From Eledone cirrhosa (taxonomy: Eukaryota), in assembly GCA_964016885.1 (NCBI GenBank), contig OZ024747.1, positions 89,280,001 to 89,344,000 on the forward strand: DNA of 64,000 nucleotides, given 5' to 3'. The translations under genes and the position numbers were made by a program. Positions 63,080 through 64,000 of the stretch are shown piece by piece; the first letter of the stretch is position 1; the number at the start of each line of letters is the position of its first letter. Below the pieces are notes generated by a model. The model was not told the origin of the DNA. It did no database searches and saw only the letters and a list, made by a program, of their open reading frames with translations.

Positions 63080-63350
63080 ACCAGGTCCAAACACAAAGGA
63101 ACCAAACTCCCACTGTCACTGCTTCTGTCTCTCTCACTCTCACCACCTCTCACTATCATGAGCAATTGGGGACCCCCATGCATCCCTGGCAGACTGGCCG
63201 CCCTGTGGCCCCAGTGGACATAATAGAGAGACGCGCTGGAAGAGCCATTGCAGCTCACAAGGCTCACACCTGCGAGTAGCCAACTCTGTGCCAATGGTGG
63301 TGAGTAGGGCAGTGGCTCTAGGGCCAAGGATACCAGAAGTCTCAAGACAA
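63080..63350 (-). mobile_element. CRE-like 3' fragment
   Basis: LETSGILGPRATALLTTIGTELATRRCEPCELQWLFQRVS. Confidence 0.75.
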
Positions 63351-63742
63351 AGGGAAATTTCACATCTACCTGATGTTCTAAAAATCGATTCAAATATATC
63401 ACTTGCTTCTTCTGCCTAAATTGTATTATTCATCATCGTCATCACTATTTAACGTCCATTTTTCCAGGCTAGCATGGGTTAGACGAATTGTCCTGTTGTG
63501 AAATAATATTTCAACCATACAGAAGGAAGAAATTTGTTCTGATCTGCTAAACAATACAGACATACTTAGTCTTCAGCCAAATATTTAAAAATACTCTAGT
63601 GTTTGTGAATGTTGTATGAACCAGACACCTAGATATAGAATTACATTTGTTAAGAACTATTGGTATTAATCTCTTCTTGGCAAACCACTATAGGCCAATA
63701 CATATTTCAAATTATTACTGATATATATATATACATATATAT

Positions 63743-63968
63743 CACCCAGCCCACACTGTAAAGTGGACGTGTAAAAGACACAGCAAGAAAGCACCCAGCC
63801 CACACTGTCAATGTGGTTGGCGTTAAGAAGGACATCCAGCCATAGAAAATCAGCCAGAAACACCCTATATGAGCGAGACACAGTCACCCAAGACAACTTG
63901 CCTTTAAATAGGTCCTGTCTAACCCATGCTAGCATGGAAGATGGACGTTAATCGATGATGATGATGAT
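63743..63968 (+). mobile_element. RTE 3'UTR-derived copy
   Basis: cagcccacactgtaaag units, acccatgctagcatgg and (GAT)n; preceded by (TA)n. Confidence 0.8.
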
Positions 63969-64000
63969 CAGTTCCTAACACAATGGAACCAAACTGTCAC

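Overview
AT-rich, microsatellite-dense eukaryotic intergenic or intronic DNA. The repeat content (tRNA-derived SINEs, (GAT)n-tailed RTE LINEs, CR1, CRE, Penelope-like remnants) suggests a cephalopod/octopus-like genome; this is an inference from recalled repeat families, not a search. I found no supportable host gene, RNA gene or CRISPR array. The main feature is an apparently intact, full-length RTE-clade LINE (~18502-22323) sitting in a (TA)n tract. Its single 1076-aa ORF encodes APE endonuclease and RT, with a complete C4HC3 PHD finger inserted inside the RT. A ~99% identical 5'-truncated sister copy lies at 47086-48360. The window also holds a doubly truncated CR1-type LINE (38870-42171), many RTE/CRE/SINE fragments, MITEs, a hAT transposase remnant, an inverted Penelope GIY-YIG fragment and a 19x52-bp minisatellite. 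Points worth a second look: two candidate type I hammerhead ribozymes, a twin-priming-type RTE inversion, a truncation point shared by two RTE subfamilies, long fold-back palindromes and conserved 3'UTR stem-loops. All alignments and folds were done by eye, and the boundaries of degenerate repeats are approximate.
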